A DNA stretch of 43,294 nt from Eubacteriales bacterium (GCA_045533755.1 JAZSIJ010000069.1:1-43294), one strand, 5' to 3'. Positions 19,483-27,581 are shown, numbered from the stretch's first letter. The notes: a model not told the origin generated them from the letters alone. Numbers and translations: made by a program.

Positions 19483-20244
19483 TTAAATATCCAGCGCGAT
19501 GCCGAAGTAGGTCGGAGGCGTATCCTCGGCGGATAGAGGGAGATACATAGCGAAATCGCGTCCGTGACCTACCGTGCGGAAGACTCCCGTCTTGCAATCG
19601 AGTGAGGCGAGAATATCCGGAGCCCTTTCGGTTTTACCGAGAAGCTCAATACAAAGAAGCCTGTCACCGAAAAGACGCGCCGCAAGTAAAACACCCTCAC
19701 CCGTGTAGAGCTTTGTGCCTGCAGATAGGAGGTCGAGAATTGGACCCTCCTCTATAACAGCTCCCTCGGGGAGACAGTATCTTCGCAAAGCGGCATATTC
19801 TTCGGTGGATACTTCACGAAGCGGGATGGGATCGTTTGACGCCGTCGCCTCATACTCGCTTATACCGCAGGCTTTGCGATAGCCAAGTCGGCTGTAAAAA
19901 TCAAAAAGCGACGGCTCGGCAGGCACGAGGATTGCCGAGGAATAGCCCTCGCCTGTAAGACGCTCGTGAGCGACTCGCATAAGTGCCGTAGATACACCTT
20001 GCCCTCTGTGCTTTTTTGCCGTTGCGACACCGTAGATATAGGCTGCCTTTTTTTCGTAAGCCTCACAATCAAACCAATAAAGAGCGCCGAGAAGCTCTTC
20101 TTCCTCGGTTGCTATAAGTGCGCGTGCAGGCGAGTAGCCGCAACCGAAGAACAAATCCAAAAACTCTTCGCCTTCGCTAAAAGCCTCTGCAAAAAGCGCG
20201 CGAAGGGCGGGGACGTGTGAGATTTTAGGGCTTTCAATAGTCAT
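19483..20244 (-). CDS. GNAT-family N-acetyltransferase with an extra C-terminal domain
   Basis: The acetyl-CoA site motif IYGVATAKKHRGQGVSTALM (Q/RxxGxG/A) is present. The gene overlaps the upstream one by 11 nt. Confidence 0.85.
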   Translation of the reverse strand: MTIESPKISHVPALRALFAEAFSEGEEFLDLFFGCGYSPARALIATEEEELLGALYWFDCEAYEKKAAYIYGVATAKKHRGQGVSTALMRVAHERLTGEGYSSAILVPAEPSLFDFYSRLGYRKACGISEYEATASNDPIPLREVSTEEYAALRRYCLPEGAVIEEGPILDLLSAGTKLYTGEGVLLAARLFGDRLLCIELLGKTERAPDILASLDCKTGVFRTVGHGRDFAMYLPLSAEDTPPTYFGIALDI

Positions 20245-21169
20245 ATCCGTCCTCCAAAAGACACGCCCAGCACTTTTTTATCATGTGGTGCGGATGATAG
20301 CTTCGCTTTGCGCGTCTAAGTCCCTCGAGCCCCATATCTTCCTCGCGGTCAAGATAACGCACCTCGGGGTGTTTTTGACGTATATATCGGGCAAACTCGC
20401 GGTTTATAGCGGCATACGCACCCTGAATTTCGCCTCGCGCCTTTTCGAAATTGACGTCGAATGTGTCGGAGGAAAGCCTGCCTCCGAGCGTCATAGCTAA
20501 AATCTCACCGCCGCCCCGGAGGATAAGCCCCTCAAGACGAAGGGCCTCGCGGTCACGCAGGGCGCGAGCGAGCGCGGCACGCTCCATGTGAAAATCGGCG
20601 TCGGGATTTTCGGCAATGCGCCGTGCGTACCACTCCTCGACAAATCGAGAGACCTCCTCGGTGTTTGCGCTTGAAATAGGCTCTGCCAGATAATTGGGAT
20701 ATGCGTCGCAAAATCGGCGAATATGGTTGCGCTTGCCATCGTATTTCTTTCCATTAAGGTCGGCAAGGTCGTCGATAGAGTAAACGTAATCAAACGAGCC
20801 CTCGTCACAGTGGTATCGGAACTTGTTGGGATAAAGCTCCTCGAGAGTGGTTCTTGCCTCGCTTGTGATGCCTGCAATTCGACACGGTATGCCTCTTGCG
20901 TGCGCATCTGATATTATAGCGTCTATTGCCGAGTGCTTGTCCGAGTCACCGAGCGGATATGGGTACACGCTCTTTCTGTCAAACTGAGAAAAGAGAAGAA
21001 TATGCCCGTCCGCCTCTGCCATGCTTTGCCTGCCCCAAAGATATAGGTTGGCAAAGGAAAACTCGCAGCCTCGCTCGCCCTCCTTTTCAAGATAGCTGTC
21101 GTATGTGGGCTTGTCCGATAGAGTTATCTGTTTAAAATCTATCCTTTTTTCTGTTATTACACCTGCCAT
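20234..21169 (-). CDS. DUF2156 protein (soluble homologue of the MprF C-terminal lysyl-PG synthase domain)
   Basis: The FSFANLYLWGRQ region and overall length fit DUF2156. There are no TM segments. I prefer the ATG at 21169 to the TTG at 21187. Confidence 0.75.
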   Translation of the reverse strand: MAGVITEKRIDFKQITLSDKPTYDSYLEKEGERGCEFSFANLYLWGRQSMAEADGHILLFSQFDRKSVYPYPLGDSDKHSAIDAIISDAHARGIPCRIAGITSEARTTLEELYPNKFRYHCDEGSFDYVYSIDDLADLNGKKYDGKRNHIRRFCDAYPNYLAEPISSANTEEVSRFVEEWYARRIAENPDADFHMERAALARALRDREALRLEGLILRGGGEILAMTLGGRLSSDTFDVNFEKARGEIQGAYAAINREFARYIRQKHPEVRYLDREEDMGLEGLRRAKRSYHPHHMIKKCWACLLEDGYDY

Positions 21170-21199
21170 TTTTCGCCTTTCTTGCAAAATTTTTAAAAG

Positions 21200-21232
21200 G
21201 CCGCCGCAACTTTTCCTGAAAATTACGGCGGC
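21200..21232 (-). terminator. Hairpin/terminator immediately after spoVM
   Basis: On the minus strand: GCCGCCG - 19-nt loop - CGGCGGC followed by CTTTTAAAAATTTT. It starts 6 nt after the spoVM stop. Confidence 0.55.
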
Positions 21233-21237
21233 AAGGG

Positions 21238-21318
21238 TTATTTCCTGATATCAACGCCGAAAAGCTTGGCGAGCAAACGCCGCAGTGCCTTTGGCGAATT
21301 TATAACTACTATCTTCAT
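21238..21318 (-). CDS. spoVM: Stage V sporulation protein M-like 26-aa peptide (absent from the ORF track)
   Basis: The translation is MKIVVINSPKALRRLLAKLFGVDIRK. It aligns position for position with B. subtilis SpoVM (MKFYTIKLPKFLGGIVRAMLGSFRKD), sharing M1, K2, I6, P9, K10, L12 and G21, the same length, and an amphipathic basic helix. GGAG RBS 5 nt upstream. Confidence 0.6.
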   Translation of the reverse strand: MKIVVINSPKALRRLLAKLFGVDIRK

Positions 21319-21332
21319 ATAAACTCCGATAA

Positions 21333-21350
21333 TGTAAATAAATGTTTACA
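21333..21350. repeat. 18-bp box TGTAAATAAATGTTTACA (perfect arms)
   Basis: Lies between a CATACT sigma-E-like -10 element (minus strand, 21351-21356) and the spoVM RBS. Confidence 0.9.
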
Positions 21351-21406
21351 AGTATGTTTTGCTTGCGGGGCTATTATAATTATATGAAGATTTTCCTCGG
21401 GTGATA

Positions 21407-22168
21407 CTACTTTCTGTACGAGAGAATCCTGCGAAGAAGCTCCTCGCTGCGTCTGAACTGCTCCTCGCTTGTTTCTCGCCCGAACATAGAGGACATCGCG
21501 CTCACGTTTCTTATGCACACGACGGTATCCTCGGCGTCAAGTGCTGAAATTCCCGGCATATCACCGAAGTCAAGTGAGGAGAGCCTGATTCCGTACTCGG
21601 ATACGAAGTCGTATTCCTCGCCCTCTGCGATGTAGTCTGCGATTTTTGCGAATCTTCCGAGATTTTTCTCGCCCTCAGAGTATTGAAGGAACAGTCTCTC
21701 GGAGAGAAAACAGACGTAATAGTCGCTCATATCGAGGTTGTTTTTCAGCATGGAAGAGTTCTCCTGCAGGAGCTGGTAGGAGAGCTGATTTGAAGTGGGA
21801 TTTTTCTCAAGCTCGGCGATTTCCTCTGACGTAAGAAGATATAGGTCGAGGAAGGATACGTTGACCTCGCCGTTTCCGTCGTGGTCGGCGGTAAGCTCTT
21901 CGAGGCTTGACACCGCCGTCATATATTCCGAGAAGCCGCCGTCCTCCGACATTCGACCAAAGGCGTGGTTTCCGGCATAGAGAACCTGTATATCATAGCG
22001 AGTGTTGGTAGCGCATTGCACCGTGCAAACGGTTATCACGAATATAGTGAAGAGTAGTGCTATGGTATGCCATTTGTAGTGATACCAGAAGTTTGCGAGC
22101 TTATCATAGAAGCCGCCCTCGACCTTTATGCCGACGTCGCCCTCTATTTTGTCCTGTCTGTCGTCCAT
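21407..22168 (-). CDS. Hypothetical membrane-anchored protein
   Basis: A single N-terminal TM helix (WHTIALLFTIFVITVCTV) followed by an acidic extracytoplasmic domain. GGAG RBS. Confidence 0.65.
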   Translation of the reverse strand: MDDRQDKIEGDVGIKVEGGFYDKLANFWYHYKWHTIALLFTIFVITVCTVQCATNTRYDIQVLYAGNHAFGRMSEDGGFSEYMTAVSSLEELTADHDGNGEVNVSFLDLYLLTSEEIAELEKNPTSNQLSYQLLQENSSMLKNNLDMSDYYVCFLSERLFLQYSEGEKNLGRFAKIADYIAEGEEYDFVSEYGIRLSSLDFGDMPGISALDAEDTVVCIRNVSAMSSMFGRETSEEQFRRSEELLRRILSYRK

Positions 22169-22182
22169 AGTTTTCTCCGTTT

Positions 22183-22200
22183 TGTAAATAAAAGTTGACT
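22183..22200. repeat. Degenerate 18-bp box (TGTAAATAAAAGTTGACT, two arm mismatches)
   Basis: It fills the gap between the fprA stop (22201-22203) and the RBS of the next minus-strand gene. Confidence 0.6.
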
Positions 22201-23352
22201 TTATTTGCAGAGCTCGTCCGCGAGAGCCTCAAGCTGTGCCGCACTTTCGGGGGACAAGGCAGAGGTGATTCTCACCGAGCTTTCGAGATAGGAAATATCC
22301 TTCGAGCCCTCGAGCATTCCGTGCATCACCTTTGCCGCCATCGGTGCCCAGCTTCCGTTTTCAATAAAGCCTACGCGGCGGCATCTGAAGCCACGCTCGG
22401 TCAGGTGGTCAATGAATTCGCGCATAAAGGGAAATATGTCTGCGTTGTAGGTTGTCGTTGCAAGCACGAGGTCGGAATATCTGAAGGCATCGGCGACAGC
22501 CCTCGACATATCGCATCTCGCGAGGTCGTATATGACCGCCTTCTTGCCTCTTTCGGTGAGCTTTTCGTAGAGAGCTATTGCCGCTTTTTTTGTGTTGCCG
22601 TAAATCGAGGTATAGGCGATAACGGCACCGTTCTCCTCGGGTGTGTAGCTTGACCACTTGTCATAAAGGTCGAGATAGTAGGAGAGATTTTTAGTCAACA
22701 CGGGGCCGTGCAGAGGAGCGATTTTTTCAATGTCGAGCGTCGCCGCCTTTTTGAGCAGGCTCTGCACCTGCGCACCGTATTTTCCCACGATGCCGATGTA
22801 GTAGCGTCTTGCCTCGTCTGCCCACGCATCCACCTCATCGGTAGAGCCGAATCTGCCAAAGCCGTCGGCGGAGAAGAGTACCTTGTCAAGCGAGTCGTAG
22901 GTTACGATAACCTCGGGCCAATGCACCATGGGCGCGGTGACGAAGGTCAGGGTGTGTTTGCCGAGCGTGAGCGTTGAGCCCTCGCCGACGACAAGCTGCC
23001 TTTCAGCAAAATCGGTTCCGAAGAAGCCGCGCATCATAGAGAACGCCTTTGCTGAGGCAACAATCTTCGCATTAGGGTACACCCGTGTAAAGCTTTCTAT
23101 GCTTGCCGAGTGGTCGGGCTCCATGTGCTGAACTATGAGATAGTCGGGTGAGCGACCGTCTAGTGCATCTCGCAGGTTGCGAAGCCACTCGTCTGTGAAG
23201 CCTGCGTCGGCAGAGTCCATTATCGCGATTTTCTCATCAATTATCGCGTATGAGTTATATGAAATCCCCTCTGGCACGAGGTACTGTCCTTCAAAAAGGT
23301 CAATGGCGCTGTCAAAAACTCCTACGTATTTTATATCTTTCGTAATGTACAT
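22201..23352 (-). CDS. fprA: FprA-type flavodiiron protein (metallo-beta-lactamase-like plus flavodoxin domains)
   Basis: Di-iron motif VQHMEPDHS. The C-terminal flavodoxin-like region begins IAYTSIYGNTKKAA. Confidence 0.9.
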   Translation of the reverse strand: MYITKDIKYVGVFDSAIDLFEGQYLVPEGISYNSYAIIDEKIAIMDSADAGFTDEWLRNLRDALDGRSPDYLIVQHMEPDHSASIESFTRVYPNAKIVASAKAFSMMRGFFGTDFAERQLVVGEGSTLTLGKHTLTFVTAPMVHWPEVIVTYDSLDKVLFSADGFGRFGSTDEVDAWADEARRYYIGIVGKYGAQVQSLLKKAATLDIEKIAPLHGPVLTKNLSYYLDLYDKWSSYTPEENGAVIAYTSIYGNTKKAAIALYEKLTERGKKAVIYDLARCDMSRAVADAFRYSDLVLATTTYNADIFPFMREFIDHLTERGFRCRRVGFIENGSWAPMAAKVMHGMLEGSKDISYLESSVRITSALSPESAAQLEALADELCK

Positions 23353-23504
23353 AGCATAAAATTCCTTTTCATAAAAGTCTGCGGTATTTTTTACCGAATA
23401 TATTATAGCACATAATTCGAAGAAAGTATATTGATATATTGAAAATTTTTATGAATTTAGTCGCCGCCGAGTGATATTTTAGCGATGTTTTAGGGTAAAA
23501 ATTC

Positions 23505-23533
23505 TTGACAAAGCACTTTTCTTGTGCTATAAT
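23505..23533 (+). promoter_or_regulatory. Predicted sigma-A promoter of the ECF S-component gene
   Basis: TTGACA, a 17-nt spacer, then TGCTATAAT. The leader is only about 45 nt, which leaves no room for a riboswitch. Confidence 0.65.
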
Positions 23534-23581
23534 GTTGAAAAAATAACAGAAATGAATTTGTTAACTATATTGGAGGCATAT

Positions 23582-24187
23582 ATGAGCATTTTGAAAAACA
23601 AATTTTCCACCGAAAAGCTGGTTTTGGGCGCGGTTATGACGGCGTTTGTTATACTTTTCCAGCTTCTTGGAACGTTTACGGCGTTCTTTGGGCCCTTCTC
23701 CACGGCGGTAGCCCTCATTCCGATAGTAATCGGAGCTGCTATGTGCGGCGTCGGAATCGGTGGCTGGCTCGGTCTTGTTTTCGGAATTGTGGTTCTTGCC
23801 AGCGGCGGAGCAGCATTGTTTATGCCGTATAATATGTTCGGAACCATTGTTACCGTTCTTGTCAAGGGCGCGGCGTGCGGTCTTGCGGCAGGCGCGGTAT
23901 ATAAGCTCTTGAAAAGGTTCAATGATTATCTTGCGGTTTTTGCGGCGGCAGTCGTTTGTCCTATTGTGAACACCGGTTGCTTCCTTCTTGGCTGTCTCGT
24001 CTTCTTCTTGCCGCACGCAGATGCGATTGCAGCGGGACTTGTGGAGCTGGGAGCCTTATCGCCCGGCATAACCGGAATGGCATTGTTCTGGGCTTTGGCT
24101 ATGGCAAACTTCCTGCTTGAGCTTGGCTCTAATATCGTCCTTAGCCCGATTATTGTAAGACTTTTGAAAATAAAGAAAAGAATGTAA
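23582..24187 (+). CDS. ECF-transporter substrate-binding (S) component-like membrane protein
   Basis: About 200 aa with six hydrophobic helices and Gly/Ala-rich packing, typical of S components. GGAGG RBS before the ATG at 23582. The substrate is not inferable. Confidence 0.7.
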   Translation: MSILKNKFSTEKLVLGAVMTAFVILFQLLGTFTAFFGPFSTAVALIPIVIGAAMCGVGIGGWLGLVFGIVVLASGGAALFMPYNMFGTIVTVLVKGAACGLAAGAVYKLLKRFNDYLAVFAAAVVCPIVNTGCFLLGCLVFFLPHADAIAAGLVELGALSPGITGMALFWALAMANFLLELGSNIVLSPIIVRLLKIKKRM

Positions 24188-24200
24188 ATAAACATTTACA
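24183..24200. repeat. 18-bp box TGTAAATAAACATTTACA (perfect arms)
   Basis: Overlaps the stop codon of the S-component gene (TAA at 24185-24187). It ends 10 nt before the convergent terminator hairpin. Confidence 0.9.
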
Positions 24201-24210
24201 AAACAAGCGA

Positions 24211-24243
24211 GCACCGACCTGTATCAAACAGGTCGGTGCTTTC
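24211..24243. terminator. Bidirectional intrinsic terminator
   Basis: A perfect 12-bp stem, GCACCGACCTGT - ATCAA - ACAGGTCGGTGC, followed by TTTC. A-rich sequence (AAAACAAGCGA) precedes it. Confidence 0.85.
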
Positions 24244-24246
24244 AAA

Positions 24247-24732
24247 TCACTGCATATCGCTTCTATTTATTATAAAGGTGTATTTTTCGTCTTCGTCCCA
24301 GATGTTAGGGCTATATATCATTTCAAGCGTTTCCCAATCCACAGGAAGCTCGTATGCTACATATCCGCTGCGCTCGCGTCCGACGGCAACCTCGCCCCAC
24401 GCCTCGTCTCCGTCATAATTCCATAGAAGCGTGGTATCAATTGCCTTGTTATCACAGTAGGAGTCTTCATATAAAGAATTGAAGAAGTCGTCCTCTTCTC
24501 CCGTGTTTTTTATTTCAAAGCTGAGGATAACGTACATATATCCTTCATCGGGGGTATCCGGAGCAAAATCGGCATCGTCTACGTACTCCTTTACATTAGT
24601 GAGTGAGATCGTGAGGTCGTCGATAATTATGCTTTCTCCGACACTGCAATCTCTTTTTGTGTCAGAGCCCCCGCTGCACGAGCACAGAAGAAAAGCTAAA
24701 ACTAAAATGATGGCTAAAAATGTTTTTTTCAT
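24247..24732 (-). CDS. DUF4352-like lipoprotein
   Basis: From the ATG at 24732: MKKTFLAIILVLAFLLCSCSGG, a signal peptide with a lipobox. The mature part (YMYVILSFEIKNTGEED) resembles DUF4352 beta-sandwich proteins. Confidence 0.7.
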   Translation of the reverse strand: MKKTFLAIILVLAFLLCSCSGGSDTKRDCSVGESIIIDDLTISLTNVKEYVDDADFAPDTPDEGYMYVILSFEIKNTGEEDDFFNSLYEDSYCDNKAIDTTLLWNYDGDEAWGEVAVGRERSGYVAYELPVDWETLEMIYSPNIWDEDEKYTFIINRSDMQ

Positions 24733-24893
24733 AACAAAACCCTTTCTTTGTTGAAGATTATTATCATTATAGCACAGCGCATTGATTTTGTCAAGTGTAA
24801 AATACACATAAATTTATAGTGCTAAAACAAGGTGTATATTTTGCCAAGTTTAAAATGTATAATAAATGCAAAGAAATGTTTCGGGGTGATTTT

Positions 24894-25067
24894 ATGGATA
24901 TGTTCAAAATAAAGAAGGTTGAATACGTTAATAAAACGCTGAGAATGCCGACAGAGCTTGTTAAAAGGCTGGAAACCGTTGCGCAGGAGAAGGACGTGTC
25001 CTTGAACAATCTTGTTGTTCAGTGCTGTGAATATGCGCTAAACAACATAGACGAAACGAACCAATAA
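24894..25067 (+). CDS. Small ribbon-helix-helix (Arc/CopG-like, YlcI/YnfO-type) protein
   Basis: KTLRMPTELVKRLETVAQEKDVSLNNLVVQCCEYAL has a strand-helix-helix pattern. Start set at the ATG at 24894. Confidence 0.65.
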   Translation: MDMFKIKKVEYVNKTLRMPTELVKRLETVAQEKDVSLNNLVVQCCEYALNNIDETNQ

Positions 25068-25086
25068 TTATATCATAGTGCAATGA

Positions 25087-25117
25087 GGTGAACCGAAAGA
25101 GGTTCACCCGTTTTCTT
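25087..25117. terminator. Intrinsic terminator
   Basis: GGTGAACC - GAAAGA - GGTTCACC followed by CGTTTTCTT. Confidence 0.8.
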
Positions 25118-25135
25118 ATATCAAAAGAGAAGCTT

Positions 25136-26095
25136 TCATTGCTTGGAAAGATGCAAAATATCCTCTGTGCTGTGCATCGAAAAGCGAACGAGCGTGTCGT
25201 CTCCTGCTCGTGCCATGTCGAGCTTTACGCATCGTATGCGTCTGTTTTCGTAGGTTGTGAAGAAGTATTCGAGTGTCTCTGTGTCGATAGCTGAGGTGTA
25301 GACGGTTTTGACCGGGACTTTATCTTTTCCGAGGGTGACACCGAGCGGCTGTGAGATGCTATCAAAGATATGAAAAAGTCGGCTTACCGCCTCGCCCGGC
25401 GCTTTCGGCGGTATAGTGCGTGACTTCACGTAGCAGGCTCTTACAAACCGTGAGCCCGAGGAAAAGTCGCCCGGGATGCCGAAGCCCTCAAGACCTCGTG
25501 AGTGCAGAGAGGATATCTTCTCGCCGCCCTCAATAATATGAGCGTAGCGCTCAAGATTTATAAGCTGACCCTTAAAATCAGGCGAATTAGTCAACACACC
25601 CCATGGGTTATCGTGAATTTTCAGCCCCTCTCGAGTGGATTCAACCGTCAGCGAAGAGTGCTTGTCCGCGAAAATCCAATGCAGAGGCGTTGTCGGGAGA
25701 TTTTCGGCAATGCTCTCGTCTGTGATAGTGGTGTTGGCGAGCAGACGACGGACTTCTTCGACACTTTCAGCGCGCGAGAGCACCCAAGGGATAAGCTCGA
25801 AGGAGGCGATGTTGTGTGAATCCTTCTTTGGCTTTGAGTATTCGCAAAATCTTGGGAAGCTTAGCGCCGCCGCGCAGAGTCCTCGTTCGTTTGCCGCGTC
25901 GTAATAAAGCGGTGCTCCGTAAGCCACGTGAGCAGCTCCGATTATGGCGTGGTGGTCGGTTATTCTCGGGTGGTGAAGAAAATCAAAAGCAAAGCGGCGG
26001 GGAGTAATAACGACCTCCTCGCCCAGTGAGTATTCAAGGTCAAGAGTTCGTCCGAATACGTGCCCCCTTGTCCTGTCGCTTATTGCGGTACACAT
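25136..26095 (-). CDS. Choloylglycine hydrolase family protein (bile salt hydrolase / Ntn hydrolase)
   Basis: The N-terminal MCTAI supplies the Cys2 nucleophile of Ntn hydrolases. Also present are FGRTLDLE, the NSPDF region and SSGSRFVRA. Confidence 0.88.
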   Translation of the reverse strand: MCTAISDRTRGHVFGRTLDLEYSLGEEVVITPRRFAFDFLHHPRITDHHAIIGAAHVAYGAPLYYDAANERGLCAAALSFPRFCEYSKPKKDSHNIASFELIPWVLSRAESVEEVRRLLANTTITDESIAENLPTTPLHWIFADKHSSLTVESTREGLKIHDNPWGVLTNSPDFKGQLINLERYAHIIEGGEKISSLHSRGLEGFGIPGDFSSGSRFVRACYVKSRTIPPKAPGEAVSRLFHIFDSISQPLGVTLGKDKVPVKTVYTSAIDTETLEYFFTTYENRRIRCVKLDMARAGDDTLVRFSMHSTEDILHLSKQ

Positions 26096-26200
26096 AAAAT
26101 CACCTCTTCTCGTATTTTACAGTGAATATTTTGGCTGAAACCGGCAAAAATATTCGTTAAGGCGGCTACCGTGTTAAATTTTGCCGCAGGTGAGGTGTTT

Positions 26201-26635
26201 ATGATAGAGAAGGATACGGTGAGACTTCTGCGCGAGTGCGACGCGGGGGTAAAGATGGGAATTGATTCTATTGAGGAGGTGCTTGACAGCGTCAAATCCG
26301 ACGAATTCAAATCGCTTCTGGGCGAAAGCAAGAGGGAGCATAAGGTGCTTGAAAAGGAAATTCTTTCGATGCTTGACGGCTACGGAGACGAGGGCAAGGC
26401 TCCAAACCCGATAGCAAAGGGTATGTCGCACGTTATGACCGAAATGAAGCTGATGATGAAGGGGTCGGATGCCACGGTTGCCGACCTTATGACCGATGGG
26501 TGCAATATGGGCGTCAAGTCGCTGAACAAATATCTGAACGAGTACAAGGCGGCAGACGAGCGCTCGAAGGACGTTGCCAAAAGACTCATAAATCTAGAGG
26601 AAAAGCTGGCGGTTGACATTCGCGGATTTTTGTGA
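26201..26635 (+). CDS. Hypothetical all-helical (four-helix-bundle-like) protein
   Basis: AGGTGAGG RBS before the ATG at 26201. The sequence has heptad-like helical character throughout. I cannot name a family. Confidence 0.6.
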   Translation: MIEKDTVRLLRECDAGVKMGIDSIEEVLDSVKSDEFKSLLGESKREHKVLEKEILSMLDGYGDEGKAPNPIAKGMSHVMTEMKLMMKGSDATVADLMTDGCNMGVKSLNKYLNEYKAADERSKDVAKRLINLEEKLAVDIRGFL

Positions 26636-26654
26636 GTTTTTTGCTTGTGGGGTA

Positions 26655-26683
26655 TTGACTATTTTCTTGCGATATAGTATAAT
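26655..26683 (+). promoter_or_regulatory. Predicted sigma-A promoter of the YhcH-like gene
   Basis: TTGACT, a 17-nt spacer, then TATAAT. Confidence 0.6.
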
Positions 26684-26727
26684 TTCCTTGTAGTAAAAGC
26701 CCCCGGGCTAACGAAAGGAAAATTATT

Positions 26728-27171
26728 ATGGATAAGTATTTAAGCATTAAGGAGCTCACCCCCGACGGATACGATTTCGTCATGAAGGCTCTCGCCGAGG
26801 GCGTAGAAAACGGAAAATATCCCCTTGAGAACGGTGCACGCGCCGTGGTTTCGGAGTATGAAACGAAGCCTATGGCAACCTCTAAATTCGAGGCGCACAG
26901 AGAGTTCATCGACGTTCAGCTCATTCTCTCGGGCGCGGAGATAATCGGAGTAACACCTACGGCGACCATGACCGACGCCGACCGCATAGGAGAGTATAAC
27001 GCCGAGAAGGACGTTGAGTTCTACGGCATCAAGGGCGATTTTGAGAAGCTCGCCCTCTCGGCAGGCGACTTTGCAATCCTCTATCCCGAGGACGCGCACA
27101 TGCCCGGCGTTCACGAGGCAGAGCCCGCGAAGATTAAGAAGATAGTCCTTAAGGTTCCGGTTAAAAAGTAA
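26728..27171 (+). CDS. YhcH/YjgK/YiaL (EbgC-like cupin, DUF386) family protein
   Basis: GKYPLENGARAVVSEYETK...FEAHREFIDVQLILSGAE...EDAHMPG follows the pattern typical of this family. Confidence 0.8.
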   Translation: MDKYLSIKELTPDGYDFVMKALAEGVENGKYPLENGARAVVSEYETKPMATSKFEAHREFIDVQLILSGAEIIGVTPTATMTDADRIGEYNAEKDVEFYGIKGDFEKLALSAGDFAILYPEDAHMPGVHEAEPAKIKKIVLKVPVKK

Positions 27172-27200
27172 TAGATAAAGAGCAAAAGCTTCACTAAAAG

Positions 27201-27250
27201 AAAAGAGAGAGCGTTTCGGCTGTTTTTAAACCGATTCGTTCTCTCTTTTT
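27201..27250. terminator. Bidirectional terminator hairpin, family member T2
   Basis: AAAAGAGAGAGCGTTTCGG - loop - CCGATTCGTTCTCTCTTTTT. It is a near-copy of 38341-38397. Confidence 0.8.
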
Positions 27251-27254
27251 GCTT

Positions 27255-27581
27255 TTAAGAATTCTTCTCGGGCTTTTCGAGTCCTATCGATTCGTCGACC
27301 GGAATTGCAAAGACGATGCCTTGAGCCTTGGTCGCCGTGCCGACGGCATTATAAAGCGCCTTAAGAATTGCGTCTATCCCGTCTGCCTTTGCCAAAATCA
27401 TCACGATTTCCTTATCAGGCTGTATCGTGATGTTGAAAACGCTTTCGGCCTCCTTTGATATCGTTCCTCTTCCGTGCAGAATTGTTCCGCCTGTTGCGCC
27501 GGAGGCTCTTGCCGCGTCCATTGCTTCCTCGGCGAAGCCGTTATTTACTACCGCAAAGATGCATTTATAACCCTTTTTCAT
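27255..27581 (-). CDS. P-II family signal-transduction protein (108 aa)
   Basis: Beta-alpha-beta repeats with a T-loop-like GGTILHGRGT. It lies in an operon with the DUF1538 gene. Confidence 0.8.
   Translation of the reverse strand: MKKGYKCIFAVVNNGFAEEAMDAARASGATGGTILHGRGTISKEAESVFNITIQPDKEIVMILAKADGIDAILKALYNAVGTATKAQGIVFAIPVDESIGLEKPEKNS

Noticed and set aside
7288-24200. Assigning the TGTAAA-N6-TTTACA box to a known regulator (TnrA/GlnR, CcpA cre, CRP/FNR/Rex, XerCD dif)
   Set aside because: The TnrA/GlnR site is TGTNA-N7-TNACA (17 bp), whereas the box is TGTAA-N8-TTACA (18 bp). The cre site has N4 spacing between TGTAA and TTACA. CRP/Rex-type sites are TGTGA-N6-TCACA, with different bases and spacing. 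In dif the TGTAAAC arm sits in the opposite relative orientation. None fits, so I left the box unassigned.
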